A stretch of DNA of 64,000 bases from Camelus ferus (Eukaryota), in the NCBI RefSeq assembly GCF_009834535.1, contig NC_045697.1:26104001-26168000 (forward strand). The letters run 5' to 3'. Below the pieces are notes generated by a model, which did not search any database, was not told the DNA's origin, and saw only the letters and a list, made by a program, of their open reading frames with translations. A program made the translations under genes and the position numbers. Of this stretch, positions 42,399-56,724 are shown in pieces. Every line of letters begins with the position of its first letter. Position 1 is the first letter of the stretch.

Positions 42399-45269
42399 AA
42401 CCACTAGAATAATTTCTAAGATGCCAAAAGTCTTTCAAGTGCTTTCCATGCATTGTGTCATTAATTCCTCACAAAAAAACCCTATGAAGCATTATCATTG
42501 TTCTCATTTTATAAGAAACTCAGACATAGAAATTTTAGGCAACTTTCCCATGGACTCACAACTTCTTAAGTGTCAGAACTAGGATTCAAACTGAGAAAAT
42601 ATGCTTCACACAAGTGCAACCACTGTGTGCCGTTCCCTCTTTAGCAGATAAAGCTAGGATTCTTAGTCAAAGATACAGGATGGATTCTAGGATCTTCAGG
42701 TTCTCCCTGGAAGTTGGTATGACAATTTCACTACACTATGCTCCAGTGTAGAGGTGATAGTAAAATTATTTAACACATGATAGGACATGGATTCTGGTCA
42801 TTTGCACTGAAAGGAGCCATTTGATCTGAAGTGCAGGGTCCTGGAGACATTAACTCTTTACTTACTGTTTTGGGGGAAACCCTGGGGTTCCTGGGAGGCA
42901 TGTGTAGGGTAGCAGAGTCTATTAGACCATTGATACTGAAAATCATATTTTAAGAACAGCATAGCTAGAGAGGTGTATCCCCACCATCAATGTCTCCTCT
43001 GTGCATTTTCATTTCCATCCTAGGGCCTTTGTAGTGGCTGCTCCCCGCGTTTGGGGGCTTCTTCCCTCTGATAGTCACGTAGCTGGTTATTTTCCATCCA
43101 GGTCTCAGCTCAAGTATCAACCCCTTCACCCTACTCCTCCATCTCCTTATCTACAGTCACTCTTTAACCCCTGACTCTTTTAAAACTTACTTCGCAGCAC
43201 TTACCATTCATTGAAATCATTTGATTTATTTACTTGTTCATTACATTTCTACTTGCCTTTGCTCCCTGAGAAGGCAAGTCCATGAGGGAAGGACCTATTC
43301 CACCCTGTTCGGGCCCTGTACTCAGTGATTACAACCGTGCCCGGCACCTCGTAGGCACTCTGCGTATTTGTGACTGGAGGGATGAGGGGAGGGCTGTAGA
43401 GTTCATTACATTCTACATGTTTAAGAACTGTTGACTTAAAGGAATGCTTGAGTAGTCCCAGATCAGTGGTGTAGAGCCTGGCTGTACAAATGCTTAGCTG
43501 GCAGGCCAAGGGGTGATTTGGATCAACATGAAGATTTGAGAGCAGAGGAAGGTTACATCGGGGTGCTCTCTCAACAGCTAGATTTAGCACTTTACTTCCT
43601 GAGGTCACTATGTTGATATGATGCTGTGGGGTGCCCAGAGGGAGACCAGTGAGGGCGGCTGTGGGAATTCTCTGGCAGGAGGTGGTGAGCACCTCTCTGT
43701 GATGATGGTGGACAATGGAATGAAAGGCCTTTAGGTGAGAGAGGACAGACTAGAGGTACCAAATATGAAACAAATCCAGCTTTCAGTTTGCAGTATTTTC
43801 TCTGTGCCCTGACTTCATGAATTCATTAATCAAATTAGCCAAGCTAGATAATTAAGGGGTTTATATAGCTTTTCCTCAATGAAAGTCCCATTCAGTGATT
43901 GTCCCTGTCTTTTGCATGAGCTCTTCTCTGCTTTGATTCTAGAGCAGCACTCTCCATCTGCTTGCCTGAGCAGTTCCTCCTGGTCATCTCTCACAGCTCT
44001 GCTGAAGTGTGACTTCTCCCTGGAAGCCCTCCCTGACCCCTGCTCCAAGTTAGCTGTTCCCTGCATGTGTTTCCACAACGTTCTATACGTTCCCCCATCA
44101 CTGCAGTTACCGTATTTTATCATAATCACTAGCCTTCCAGTAGACAAGTGTTTCTCAACCTTATTTGTTTTTCCTCCTAAGGAGTCTCTAAACTATATGT
44201 CTGTTTATGTATTATATGTGTATCTATATTTTATACATTAAAAGTTTAAACTTTTTTGTCTTGCCCCAGAGCAAATTTTCTCTCCTTGAGGGTGATGTTA
44301 CTTTGGTTGGGAATGTGGGCAATCAACCATGCAGGCACATCCACTGTCTTGCTCAGCTTGTACGGTCAGTGCCAGGCACATAGTACACACTTGAAAATTA
44401 TTTGTGAGTGATTAGATAAAGGAGACAATTTTTCATAACTTAACATTGCCCAACCTTGAAATTTATCATCTTGAAACTATACTGGGATTTAAAAAAATTA
44501 CGTTTTAAATGCCTGCTGCCTTTCATATATGAATCTGCTGCTAATATGTCATTTTTTTTTTCCTTCCGGATAAGTTTGTATAGGGTTTTCCAGAGTCACT
44601 TTTTGGGCCCTTTCTCATGCCTAAACTAAGTCTTTACAAGTAAGTTTGTTGGTGTTGAGAAAGAATCTGTGGCTAGAGAAAATTCTCCTCTTTTAAAACT
44701 AACATACCTAAATGGGAACTGAAACCATGACCTCTATTTTTATGAGAACAGACTTCTTCCATAAAGTTTAGAATTTTAAAAAATCCATCTCAGCTAGGCA
44801 GTGTTAGAATGTGCTATTTTTTCAGGAAATGGAAGTAGCCATAAAAGGTGGAGCTCGGCATTAATGAACACTATATTATGCATACATTTATAGGTGTAGC
44901 ATAAATGAGGGGAAGGCATCTGTCAAAATTGAAACTGTTTTCCACGGAGAAGGCAAGCAGGAAATATTCATATGTATGTATATGGATATAAACACACACA
45001 CATTCACATACAAATAATCCCAAGGTGTGGCCTTAATGTACTGTGCCTGTTTACCAAAGCAGTGAATATATCACCCATTACCTCATGCTTGTGAGGCTCT
45101 CTGTTCATCTTACTCTTCAGCCTCCACCTTCCATTCAGTCATCTATTAATTCATTCAACGAAGACTTCCTGCATCCATGGGCCACGCTCGCGGTGTTTCT
45201 GTCCATGCATGGTCTCATTCTTCCCTTCCCTCTCTATGGACTATTTTCATGTCAGAGGGCAGAGTGAGC

Positions 45270-45865
45270 TTTTAAACCATCAGTCAGATTCCCTCCTGCC
45301 TCTGCTCCAAGCCCTGCAATGACTATCAGTTTCACTCAAAGTCAAAGATTCTAAATGAACTTGGCCCCACTGACTCTAGGGCATTCCTTCCCATTGTCTC
45401 CTCTTCACTTAACTGTAGGCACAACAGCTCTCTGGCTGTCTGGAACTTGCCACCCATGCATCGGCTTTGGGTTTTTGTATTAGCAGTTCCCCTGCCTGAA
45501 ATGCTCTTCCAACCATCAGATACCTGCATGGCTAACACCTTCATCTCCTTTAACGTGATCAAATTTCACCTTCTGAGGCTTACCTTGATTCTGTTTGTTA
45601 TTTCAGTCTGTTCCTACCCACACAGCCTGACACTCCTTACCTTGCTCTGATTTTCTCCTTTCATCTAAAACATTGTTACCTTCAAGCATGTATTTCCCCA
45701 TTTATTATGTTTATCGTAGGAGCACCTCCATCCTACAGCTAGGACATAAGCTCCTTGAGGGCAAAGAACTTTATCTGTTTCATTCACCAATGAATCACAA
45801 GGACCTAGAAGAGTGTCTGGCATCTGTTAGGTGCTCAATAAATGTTTGTTGAATGGGTGAATTCA
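45270..45865 (+). mobile_element. L2 LINE 3' portion
   Basis: aagctccttgagggcaaagaactttatctgtttcattcacc...cctagaagagtgtctggca...taggtgctcaataaatgtttgttgaatg (L2 3' terminus). Confidence 0.8.
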
Positions 45866-47664
45866 TGAAGAGAGCTTGCATTTTAAATACCAAAAGCGCG
45901 AAGAGGAAGTAAGAAGTGTCAAGAAGAAAAGTAAGTTCACATCAGAGGGTTGTCAGAGCTGGCAGTGGACACTTATAGAAGGGATGGCCAGTGAGGGCTT
46001 CACGGTGGAGGTGATTTCTGGGCTGAGGAGCCATGGTGACAAGAAGCCTGTGTGCTTGTGTGGCCAGAAAAGCACACTGGGAGGCAAACAGCAAGTTCCA
46101 AGACTGGACTGGGCATCAGTGTCTCATCAAAGACTCGAAGGAAGACCATTATGGTGAATGCACACATGAGGAACAGAGAAAGGTGATGAGGCTTGAAAGA
46201 TAAAGAGGCCCTGGTGATAGTTGAGATTTCAACAGAATCTGAAAACAGTCATAAAATCAATATATGTGAAAATGTATGGCTGAGAAGAGTGATGATTTAT
46301 CTCTAAACTTTTCCTAGGTTGTGCTTCAAACTTCCTCTTTTTACAAACATATTCAGGTGAATTCAGTTCACCTTATGTCTATTTGTGCTTTGACAGAAAT
46401 AAGGCAAGTTTCAAAGAACTGTCAAAGACTTTTTAGGTGGCAGGAAGTGGTGTGCGTATGTGCTTCTGAAATCACGTCACATAGGTGACTGTCTGTGCTG
46501 TTAGGTTATTTGCACCAGCTTGAGTTGTGACTGCTTTTGACTCTTCCTGTCTGCTCAGAGGCTTTGCTTTGAAGGAGAGAAGGGCTCCAGGTGGCTGTTT
46601 TTGCAGGACTCTGACTGAGGCTGCAGTGTCCCAGTCATACCTAACCTACATATTTACGTAAGCCATCCGTTGACCCAAGTTTTGCTTAGCCTGAACTTCC
46701 TCTTTTTTTTTTTAAACTGATCTCCTGACATGTGATTTCTAGTAAATAATGATACTGTTTCAACACTGAATTCTCAACACATTAAATAACTTGCTGTGTC
46801 AAAGGGAGGAAGCAAGCAGAGGCTGGTGTCACATCCAGTTCTTCAGAATCACCACTTTCTCACCACTTTGGACTTTCATTACCATCTCCCTGCCCTGCCA
46901 GGGTTGACTTTCTTTTCTATATGATTTTTCCTTCCTAACCATATGAAAACCTAAAGAACAATCCTGGCTAAATAAATGAGAAGATTCCAAACTATTGCAA
47001 ATGTTTGCATTCATAGGCACTTCAGTTGTACTTAGGATTTTTCATTGTAGTAACTTACAAAATTATATTAAGGTTCAAAAATGAAATGGAATTTATAACC
47101 CTTATGGTAGCTATTAAGAAAGGAGGTTAAGAAAAATATAGACTTTTAAAAATCCTTTAAGAGAAATCAGGGTTATGTCTGTTGTGGGAAATGGTGAATT
47201 TAAAATAGCAATAGGGAATTTTAAATAGTAATTTAAACATTTTTTTGGTAACTTAGTTTTATGCTCTCTACACTACAGTTAATTCCAATAATGTGTACGT
47301 TACTTCATCCTCCACCCCCTACCAATTATAGAAGAAAGTCATTTGAATCTTGATAAGGAGAGATATCATGTCAATTTCTTTAACCCAGGAAAGCTTTAAA
47401 AGCTACCTCACTCTTTGCAGTGATTCAGTTCTGGCACTCCTTGGCTCTGCCTAGACATGTCCTCCCTGTCTGTCATCTAACCTTCCTCTAAGCCATCAGA
47501 AAGACCTTCAAAGACACAGTTTTGACCATGTCACCAAGAACTGATTTTATATTGTACGTGAGATGTGAAAGGGAGAAAATGAACAAAACTAGTTTAGTCA
47601 GCAACAGGATCCTCTATTCTTTTCTGGGAAGTGCTTTGCCCACCAATTTAATCAGAAGAGAATC

Positions 47665-47810
47665 TTGCCCTCTCTTTTCCTCCTCCTTCCTCTTATTCTT
47701 CCCCCTTCCTTTTCTTTCCCTCTCCCTTCTTCTCCTCTTCTCCCCGCATCTCTTCCCCTCCCTTCTCCTTTCTCCTTCTCTGTTCCTCCTCCTCCTTCCT
47801 CCTTCACCCG
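47665..47810 (+). repeat. Pure polypyrimidine (CT-rich) low-complexity tract
   Basis: About 145 nt almost entirely C/T. Confidence 0.9.
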
Positions 47811-48436
47811 CTGTCCATAAAAGGGAAGGTTTTCTCTGCTCAATCAGCAGTATAACTAAACCAGGAATTGTGCACTATATTGATGTGTTTGCATTTATTC
47901 TGTTAAAATTATAACATTTAATAAGTGAAAAATGATGTTCATTAATTCTGACAATTTTCTAGTTCATGAACTGCAACTGTTTTTTTTTTTGTAGATATAG
48001 CAGCAAACATACCAATTAACAAATACTAATTAAGTGCCTACTATATATGAGACATTATGTAGGGCCTTAAAAGAAAGTAATACCTGTCAAAGTCCTAGCT
48101 TTCCAGGAAATCACAGTCCAGTTCAGGAAATAAAACATAAACACTTTAAAAGTTGTAAAACAATGCAAAAGATAAATAATAATTGAATACAACAATACAG
48201 TAATATCATAAGACAGGAAGTGATGATAATTTGCAAATAAATGACTAAGATGGTAAGTGCTGGGACATTTCAGAGAAGGCAGGAATTCCAGTGGGCTGAG
48301 GTGACTTGGGGACACTTTACAGAGCAAGAGAGTTGTAGAGGATGATTCGTTCTGGAGAGGAAGAGAGAAAGAGGAGTGGGTTCCATACAAGGGGGATGAC
48401 CTGAGCTGAAACTTAGAAGTTTAAAAAAAAATGACA

Positions 48437-48945
48437 CAAAGGAACTTATTCACAAAACAGAAACAGATTCACAGACATGGATAAAAAACTTACTGTTACC
48501 AAAGGAGAAAAAGGATGGGGGAGGGATAAATTGGGAATTTGGTATTAACAGATACAAACTACTATATATAAAATAGATAAACAACAAGGATCTACTGTAA
48601 TAACCTATAATGGAAAAGAATCTGACAAAGAATATATATATATATATGTATATATATAAATATGTATGTGTATATATATAAATATGTATGTGTATATATA
48701 TATATATACACACACATATATATGTACCTGAAATATTTTGCTTTACATCTGAAACTTACACAACATTGTAAATCAACCATACTGTAATAAATTTGCAACA
48801 AGGATAAGTTGTATAGCACAGGGAATCATAGTTATCTTGTAGTAACTTTTAATGGAGTGTAATCAGTAAAAATACTGAATCACTATGCTGTACACGTAAA
48901 ACTAACACAATATTGGAACTAAACTATACTTCAATTAAAAAATAA
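48437..48945 (+). mobile_element. Two L1 3' UTR fragments in tandem (~48437-48793 and ~48795-48945), with a TA-rich microsatellite inside the first
   Basis: The motif caacaaggat...aacacaa(c/t)att...tact...aat occurs twice, each copy followed by an A-rich end. Confidence 0.8.
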
Positions 48946-51900
48946 TGAAGTAAAGGGGAAAAAAAGAAGTTGCAAAGCACAAAGCACGCTTCAAGAAAGG
49001 ACAATGAATAGATCTGTGTGGCTTGAGTGAAATATTTGGAAAAATCATACTGGAGATACATTGGGGAAAAGTTATGGAGGATTCTGAATGCCTTGTTTAG
49101 GTCATCCAAATGTTTCTGTGAAATTGTTATGGGGGGTCCTTTTGTCAAAATTTGTCAGAAGGATGTGACTCATTTCATAATATAGAGATCATGTGCAAAG
49201 CCGAGATTCACATCCGAGATTCTTAGGGTATGAGGAAACAACACAATCTCTCAGCTGCTGTGCTCTTGGAATGAGTCTGGCCATAACTGAGGATGGAGCA
49301 GCGGGTATCTAGCTAGTTTTCATTGAACATCTTTTATCCTATAAGTAGTGGCAAGCCCTTGGAAAATTTTAACCAGGAGGGCAACATGATCAAATTTTGT
49401 TAGCATATCATTGTGATAGCCTATAAGGATAAATCAGAAAAAGGTGAGCTTAGCAACAGCAAAATAAAGGGCTAATGAGTTGTCCACGGAAGAGATGATG
49501 ATGGCCTGATGTTCAGACCACGGCAGTAATGATAGAGAGAGCAGAGGTCAGAGAGGGAGTTAGGATTTGAGATCAACTGGACTCGGTGAAAGAGTGAATA
49601 CGAGTAGGGACCGGGAGACAGTGGAAGTTGTGGACTGGGCGCTTCCTAGGGTGGCTCCCAGGACACAGGTTTGAGCTATGGTCCTATGATACAACAGAGT
49701 GTTTCACTAACTAGTTTAGAAGTGTGTTCAGACTTGCATTTCATCTCTGTTCCCCCTAATATTGCCCTATCCAGTGGCTGATTATAAATTCTCCTTGAAG
49801 GCCTATCACCGGCCCCATTTTCTATCTAGATCACACAACAGATGGGGTATTTTTTTTTCAAAAACAGATATGACTTTTCACTCTTCTCCTAAAACTTCTC
49901 AGTTGGCTCAGACTTTATGTCTATTGATCAAAAGTCCAAGCCACTTACTCTGGCATTTAAGGCCCTTCACAACCCCCTCTAACTCATTCCTACTGCATTT
50001 ACCCAACTAATGTCTTTTGCTGCAGTTCCACTTAAGATCTCATTTCTTCTACACATTATGGTCTTAATTTCCTCAGAGGTTCTTCCCACAGCTGCCCTTG
50101 TGACAGCACTGACTTAGCTGTATGATCATCTCTTTAGAAGAAGACTAAATTTCCAAGGCAGAATTAGGTACTACAGTGGTATGTATTAACTAAAGCCCTG
50201 AATACATACTAACGTATGGTCTGTTATAATTTTAATTTGTGTAATAATAAAGGTAATGATAACTAATATTGTTATTTCTTGCTAGTAACTTGATAAAGCA
50301 TTTACACATATTGACTCATTTGCTGAAAAGGTAGATGGTTGAATCAACTGAGGCACAGAAAGGTTTGCTCAACAGGAAATAGCTAGAGAATGGCAGTGTT
50401 ACTGTTTGAACCCAAGTTCATCTGGTTCCAATGGTGGCACTCCCAATCTCTGTACCAGTGTTTCCTTTTGTGACTGAGTTCGTCAGGGCTGGGAGCACAG
50501 CTCATCCAATTTTGTAATCCCATCTCTAGGACACATTCAATAGTATTTTGTTGAACTATTAAAGAATAAATGAATGCATGCTGGGAAAATTGATAAAGCA
50601 ATTAAAGGTGGAGACTTAATAGCTGATAAAAGCTTTACCTGTTTCCTTTCCCAGGTAATAGTTACATTTAGCAGAAGCCTTTCATGCCGACAAGCGAATG
50701 ACTAATGTGGGGATTTCACACACTGTGGCCAGACATGGGAGGAAGATGTTTGTGGCTATCCAGGCCTTTCCCAGTACATTCATATCACTCTTTCTGTCAG
50801 AAAGGATATTCCTATCTATAAGCCAAAAAAAAAAAAAAAAAGACAGGAAGTTTTAAAAAGTCTGTTAGGATATTCTAGAAAAAACTTTGCTTAGAGTTGA
50901 ATAGGAAGCTTGACAGGTCTTCATAACTGACAGAAACTTGTTAGGATTATAATTTTAGAATGGAACAATAAAGGAATGAGGTGGAAGTTTATGCAAGTTC
51001 TAATAGTGTTGTATGTCTTTAATTTGTTGAGTTGCTTTTTAAAATCAATAAGGTCTCCTACATGGCTGCATTTACGGATCAAAGAATCTGCTTTTGCCAG
51101 AATTGCTTGGAATAGTGAGCAAAGTTTTAAGCATATTCACAATAGCTACCATTGATGGAGTGCTTGGTTAAGTGTCAGACATGTCTGAAGCATTCCATAT
51201 ACATGATGTCATTTAATCCTTCCTGCAATCCCACGTGGTATGTATACTGCTTTGCCCTTTGGTAGATGAAACGTGAAACTGAGATATTAATTTGGAAATG
51301 AGGTTTATCTATTCCAGGTTGCTTTTGACAACTTTTCTTGACTGACTCCATGTGTATTCCATATATATTTCCTGACTTATCCAGAACTTTCCTCACTTTA
51401 TCCCTGCAGCCATCCCCAAAAGCCCCTTCCTGCTGTCTGTTCCAGCTGCTTGGATCAATTGGGGTTTCTTGAATTGGTCTATCTGGTTTCCAGGGTCCTA
51501 AGCTGTCTTCTTTTGTGACTGACTCCTTCAAAGGCTGAAAGATATTTTAATTCCTTCCTCTTGACAAAGCCATAATCAAACTGAAGCCTTAAAAAAAAAG
51601 TCATTTTCTAAGAAGCAATTGAAAAAATAATGAATAAACAAAACGTAAGTTTGGCTGCAGTAAAAGGTGCAGGGTTTAAAACTGAGAAAGACCTGAGCTA
51701 AACAATGATATGAATGGGCATGTCTTCTGGGATTGATAACAGCCTGATTTCTTTTCCAAAAATCTTAATTCCTAAATATATTGCACTTGAGACTCCTCTG
51801 GGTCAGCTCTACTTGCTCTAAACTCAGTTCTTTTTTCCACACTAAACTTACATCTCTGTGGGTTTATGCTGGTCTTCAGATCTTTCTATGTAAAAGCCTT

Positions 51901-52041
51901 TCCTTTTATTGTGAGGACCAAGCCTTCAGGAAGTTTAACACTGAATGTGCAGTTATAATAATATCCGTGATTAATACAACCACAGGATGTTTACTGACTG
52001 ATGCTGGTGTATTTTAATCTATACATATTTATTTTAAAAGC

Positions 52042-52063
52042 TGTGTGTGTGTGTGTGTGTGTG
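52042..52063 (+). repeat. (TG)11 microsatellite
   Basis: Direct reading. Confidence 0.95.
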
Positions 52064-54404
52064 GCTAATTGCAAAGGCACACAGAAATAGAGAAACTATA
52101 CAATGAATCTATATGGATCCACCACCCAACATTTCTGCCATTCCTCTTCCGTCTAACAGGTTTTGTTTGTTTGAGTATTTTAAAGCAAATCATAGCTATT
52201 CTATCATTTTACTTGTAAATAATCCTATATGTTTCTCTGAGAGGCAAGGACTTTTAAAACAAACAAACAAACAACCACAAACCACTGCAAAACCTAATAA
52301 AATTAGCAGCTATCACTTAACAGCATCTCCTATCCCATCCATGATCTATATTCATCTACTGACTCACTTTTCTCTTTTTACAGTTAATTTTCAAAAACAA
52401 GGTTTAAAAAGTATTCACACACTTCATTTGGTTTGTGGGCCTCCTCCATCATTTGCTGAATTCTCAGTGTAGGTAACGTCCTTTACAGACATTTCACTCT
52501 AGCCTTGTAGCATACGTCAGAGGTAGGAGCCATCATCTCTGTTTCACCAGTTTGAGGATTTAGCCAGAGCGTTTAGTTGGCTTGCCTAGGCTTACATGAC
52601 TTCGCAGGGGCAGAGGCTACGCGAGGATCTGGAAATTAAAGTCATTTCTCTTTATGCTCTTTCACTTCCCCCATTCCTTGCACAGGTCAGAGCTTTTGTG
52701 TCCTTACATTGTCCACTTTTATCACTATGTTACATTGCCTCTCGTGTTTTTTGTCCCCTTCAAAATGTTTAGCGCAAATCTAGATCTCCCAGAAAGCCAG
52801 AGTGGTTGTACCTTTTGTTGAAGCTAAGCTTTGGAAAAGAGCAACTGTAGCTTTGGATGGCGGTTTCCTTTTTTATTTGGAATTTTTCAGCTCCTGAGGC
52901 AGAAGCAGACTTTCTGCATCATCTTGGTTGTAAGTGCAGAGTTACTTCTGAACAGTCCAATATGTTCCTCTGTTGCATCCATGTAAGGGACATCTCATAG
53001 CTCCTCATTTCAGAGCAGAGATAATGGCCATCCCTTAAAGATGATAAAGGCTCTAGCTTTCTCTGTCCTACGTTATGAGTTCACGTTCCTTGCTTTTTGT
53101 TGATGACTTATCACTCGGATGCCCTCAAAATGTTCTCCACAATTTTAAAAGAACAAAAATACTTTGCATGCATGTTTACAGTAAAAGATGGTAAAAGATA
53201 CAATTCTCAGCAAATAAAAGGTGATACTTATTTATATTTTTCAAAATTTTTGGAATTATAAGTGCTTTTTATTTTAAGGACAATAACATGCCAGCTTTGA
53301 ATAAAATGGATTCAAAATGGATTCATATAGTGAGGCAGTTATTCTCTTTTTAATTCCTTCCTTGATCCACTGAGTAGATCGCAGGTTGGTGCCTGCACGT
53401 TTCTCTCTCTCTCTCTTTCAAGGTTTCCCTGTTAATAAGAAGAGAACAACTCTCAGGCTCAGAGATCTTGGCTGGCAACAGAATTTAATGATATTGTTTT
53501 GTTCTAACTGTATTGGTTGTTAAGGTTTCCATGTGTTTATACAAGTTAAATGGCATTACCACTTAGGACTGAAATATGAGTTTCTTTGAAAAATGAATTT
53601 GTGTAGGTAAAAAAAAGTAACTTTAAAGAAAAACATTAAGAAATAACAGCTATGGTTTCAATCACTTATTTATATATGATGCCCTGCTCTGGGTTACATG
53701 ATGTGACTGGATGTTCCCTTTAAGGGCAGTGTGAAGCGGATACTATTATCATGCCCACTTCATAAGTGAGGCGAGCAAGGCACAAACCTGCAAGATCACA
53801 ACGTTAATAAGTAGTGTGATTAGGAGTTGAGCTCTTTCCCTCCATCTAATACTGCTTCCGAGTCCAGAGCAGCGATGTTGACATATATGAATGGTGAGCA
53901 GAATGCAGGAGGTCCTGGAATGACTGAGTGAAAGTCCTTACAACCCTCACTTTATGTACAAGTTTTAACTTACAGACTATGAATAAAGGATCTGCAGACT
54001 TACAGACGGCAGTTTACACATTACATCTGCCACTTAGTGTATACGTTTTTGGTCAGATTATTTTACCTCTCGAAACCTCAGTTTTCTCATTTGTAAAGTA
54101 AGCATAACGACTAGCTCACAAGATTCTAGATACACTAGACTCTGCCAAGGTTATAGAATATATTTTCAATTGTTAGAGTAATCACTGGTGCATGGTAAGT
54201 AATTAAAAATAGTAGGTGATATCATTCTCTGGAGGCAGTGTTATTTACTGTTTAAGTGAGGGCTTTAGACAGACCTAGATTTCAAGATTAGGTCCATATT
54301 ACCTTGGAGAAACTACATGTGTCAAACCGGGATGACAGTTCTTCAAACTACTGTTAAGAGTTTGGAATGAAATAATACAGTTACGCATTCAGCCCAGTTG
54401 TTGG

Positions 54405-55730
54405 CATCTATCCTGCCTGGTATTCTCCGAGCTTCTTGGATCTTTGGTTTGGTGCCTGATGTTAATTTGTGGAAACTTTCACTCACTATTGTTTCATATA
54501 CTTCTCTTTCTTTCTCTTTTTCTTATTCTGGAATTCCTATTACACGTATGTTTTTATAGTTGTTCCACGGTTCTTGGATGTTCTGCTTTTCTCTTTTTCC
54601 TTTTTTCTTTTCAATTTTGGGGTTTCTATTGAGATATCCTCAAGCTCAAATTCTTCCCTCAGTCACCTCCATCTACTAATAAGCTTATTAAAAATATTCT
54701 TCATTTCTGTTACGGAGTTTTTGATCTGTAATATTTCCTTTGGATTCCTTCTTAGGATTTCCATCCCTCTGCTCACATTGCCCATCTGTTCTTGTGTGCT
54801 GTCTACTTTTTCACTAGAGCCCTTAGTATGTTAATCATAGTTCTTAAAAATTCCTGGTCTGGTAATTCTAACATCTCTGCCATATCTGAGTCTGGTTCTG
54901 ATGCTTGCTCTGTCTCTTAAAATTGTGTTTTTTGTCATTTAGTATGTCTTGTAATCGTTTTTCTTGAGAGCTGAACGTGATGTACTGGCTAAAAGGAACC
55001 ACTGTAAACCGACCTTTAGTGCCAGGGCGGTAAGTGTGGAGGAGGGGAAGTGTTTGTAGGCCTATGACCAGGTCTCGGTCTTCAGTGAGCCTGTGCCTCT
55101 TGACTGTGAACTTCACATGTGATTTTCTGCCTTCTCCCCACCCCCACACTTGGTGGGACAGGATGGTTAAGAGGGGCCTGAAGCTGGGTATTTCCCTTCC
55201 CCAAGGTCAGTCAGGCTCTGAAAAACCCCTGCAGACTAGGCTTTAGTTAACCGGCCTTGTTAAGAACAGTGTGCTCTGGTACATTTCAAAAGGTTCTTTC
55301 CCCTCTCCCTGCAGGGAACACAATGGGATTTTTCTCAGGTCTTCACTCTGAGAACCTCGTTGAGCTCCTGGAGGTAAAATTCACAAAAGTGTGGAAACTG
55401 CCCTCATGACTGGGTCCCCCTGGAGTTTTTAACTCTTGGGCTTGTCCGCACTGAGCCTCTAGCAATTTGTCGATTACAGTTGAGCTTCCTTACCCTGGCA
55501 CTGGTTCCTGTGGTGGTTTGTGCTTATGGGTTTCTGCTCTGGTAAGTTGTGCTTCTCCGTATTTGCCTGTCAGTTTCTTCCAATTTGGCAAGGGGTTTGC
55601 CCTGTGACCTTACTTCTTTGGCAGATCTAAAGAGAGCTGTTGATTTTTCAGTTTGTTCAGCTTTTTACTTGTTGTGACAGAATGGAAACTTCTAGCCTTT
55701 CACATGCCTGCCTGGAAACTGAAAGTCCAG
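54405..55730 (-). mobile_element. Old L1 5' region (5' UTR and ORF1 remnant), antisense
   Basis: gagcttcttggatc, attcttcatttctgttac, tctgagtctggttctgatgcttgc and tgatttttcagtttgttcagctttttacttgtt resemble L1M 5'-end consensus sequence. Confidence 0.65.
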
Positions 55731-56724
55731 CTCAGTTCGTCATGCCAGCATGTCCTCATGCAACACTGATACAAGCTTTTATTTGATTTGTATTATGTTG
55801 GACCCATAACTGAAGCACAAAGTTTTTATGCTAACATTAATCTTTTGTATCACATTACGTCTTTAATCAATATTCAGTCTAACTAATCTAACTTATTTAC
55901 AATGTAAAATTACTAAGAATTTTATAGGAGTTGTACATCATAAAATCTGAGATGCTACAGTTGACCATTATGATGCAATCAGTGAGCTCAAATGGCAACT
56001 CTTACTTAGTTAAGAGGACTCTATATGCAATAAATACAGCATAGAGTAAGCAGTGAAAACCACTACTTGGCTATGGTATCTTAAAGGCCTCTGGTAAAAT
56101 CTGTGCTACAGATACACAGAAATATCCTAATTATATACACTTCTTTGAGTTATTATTCATACCACTTTCACTTTTATATCTTCTGACTACAAATAAATGG
56201 CCAATTTATCAGAAAAATCTCTACAGTAAGTGTTTGGAGGTGGGCGGAGTGTGGGGGTTAAGGCTGGATGGAGGACTTGTTGCCACAAGATATTATAATA
56301 ATAACCTGTGAAAATCTCTTCGTGCATAAGTGCCTTAGGGTAAATGATACAAATGATAATGCCAGCATGGCACTTTTGTTGTTGTTAAATGTGTTACACT
56401 GTCGTTTACTGGAATGCTGTGTGGCATTTGTGTTAGATGGTGCTTCAAGTGTCAGAAAGTACTTAGCATGTTACTTTACACAAAAACTGGTTCTTGAGGA
56501 GAAACTCCAAGCAAGAACTAGCAGACAGGTAGAAATTAAAAAAGAGAACTCTACCACTTATTATTTCCTTATCCGCCAAATAGCAATAGTATTATTGTAG
56601 GTGCCCTTGAAATTAGTGACTACCCAGTTCCAAAGCAGCATCTGCCAGTGCCAATATTAGCAAAGTGGCCCGAGATCATGACAATGACTCCCATCACTGA
56701 CTCAGTTCCTGGGGAATATCCCAC

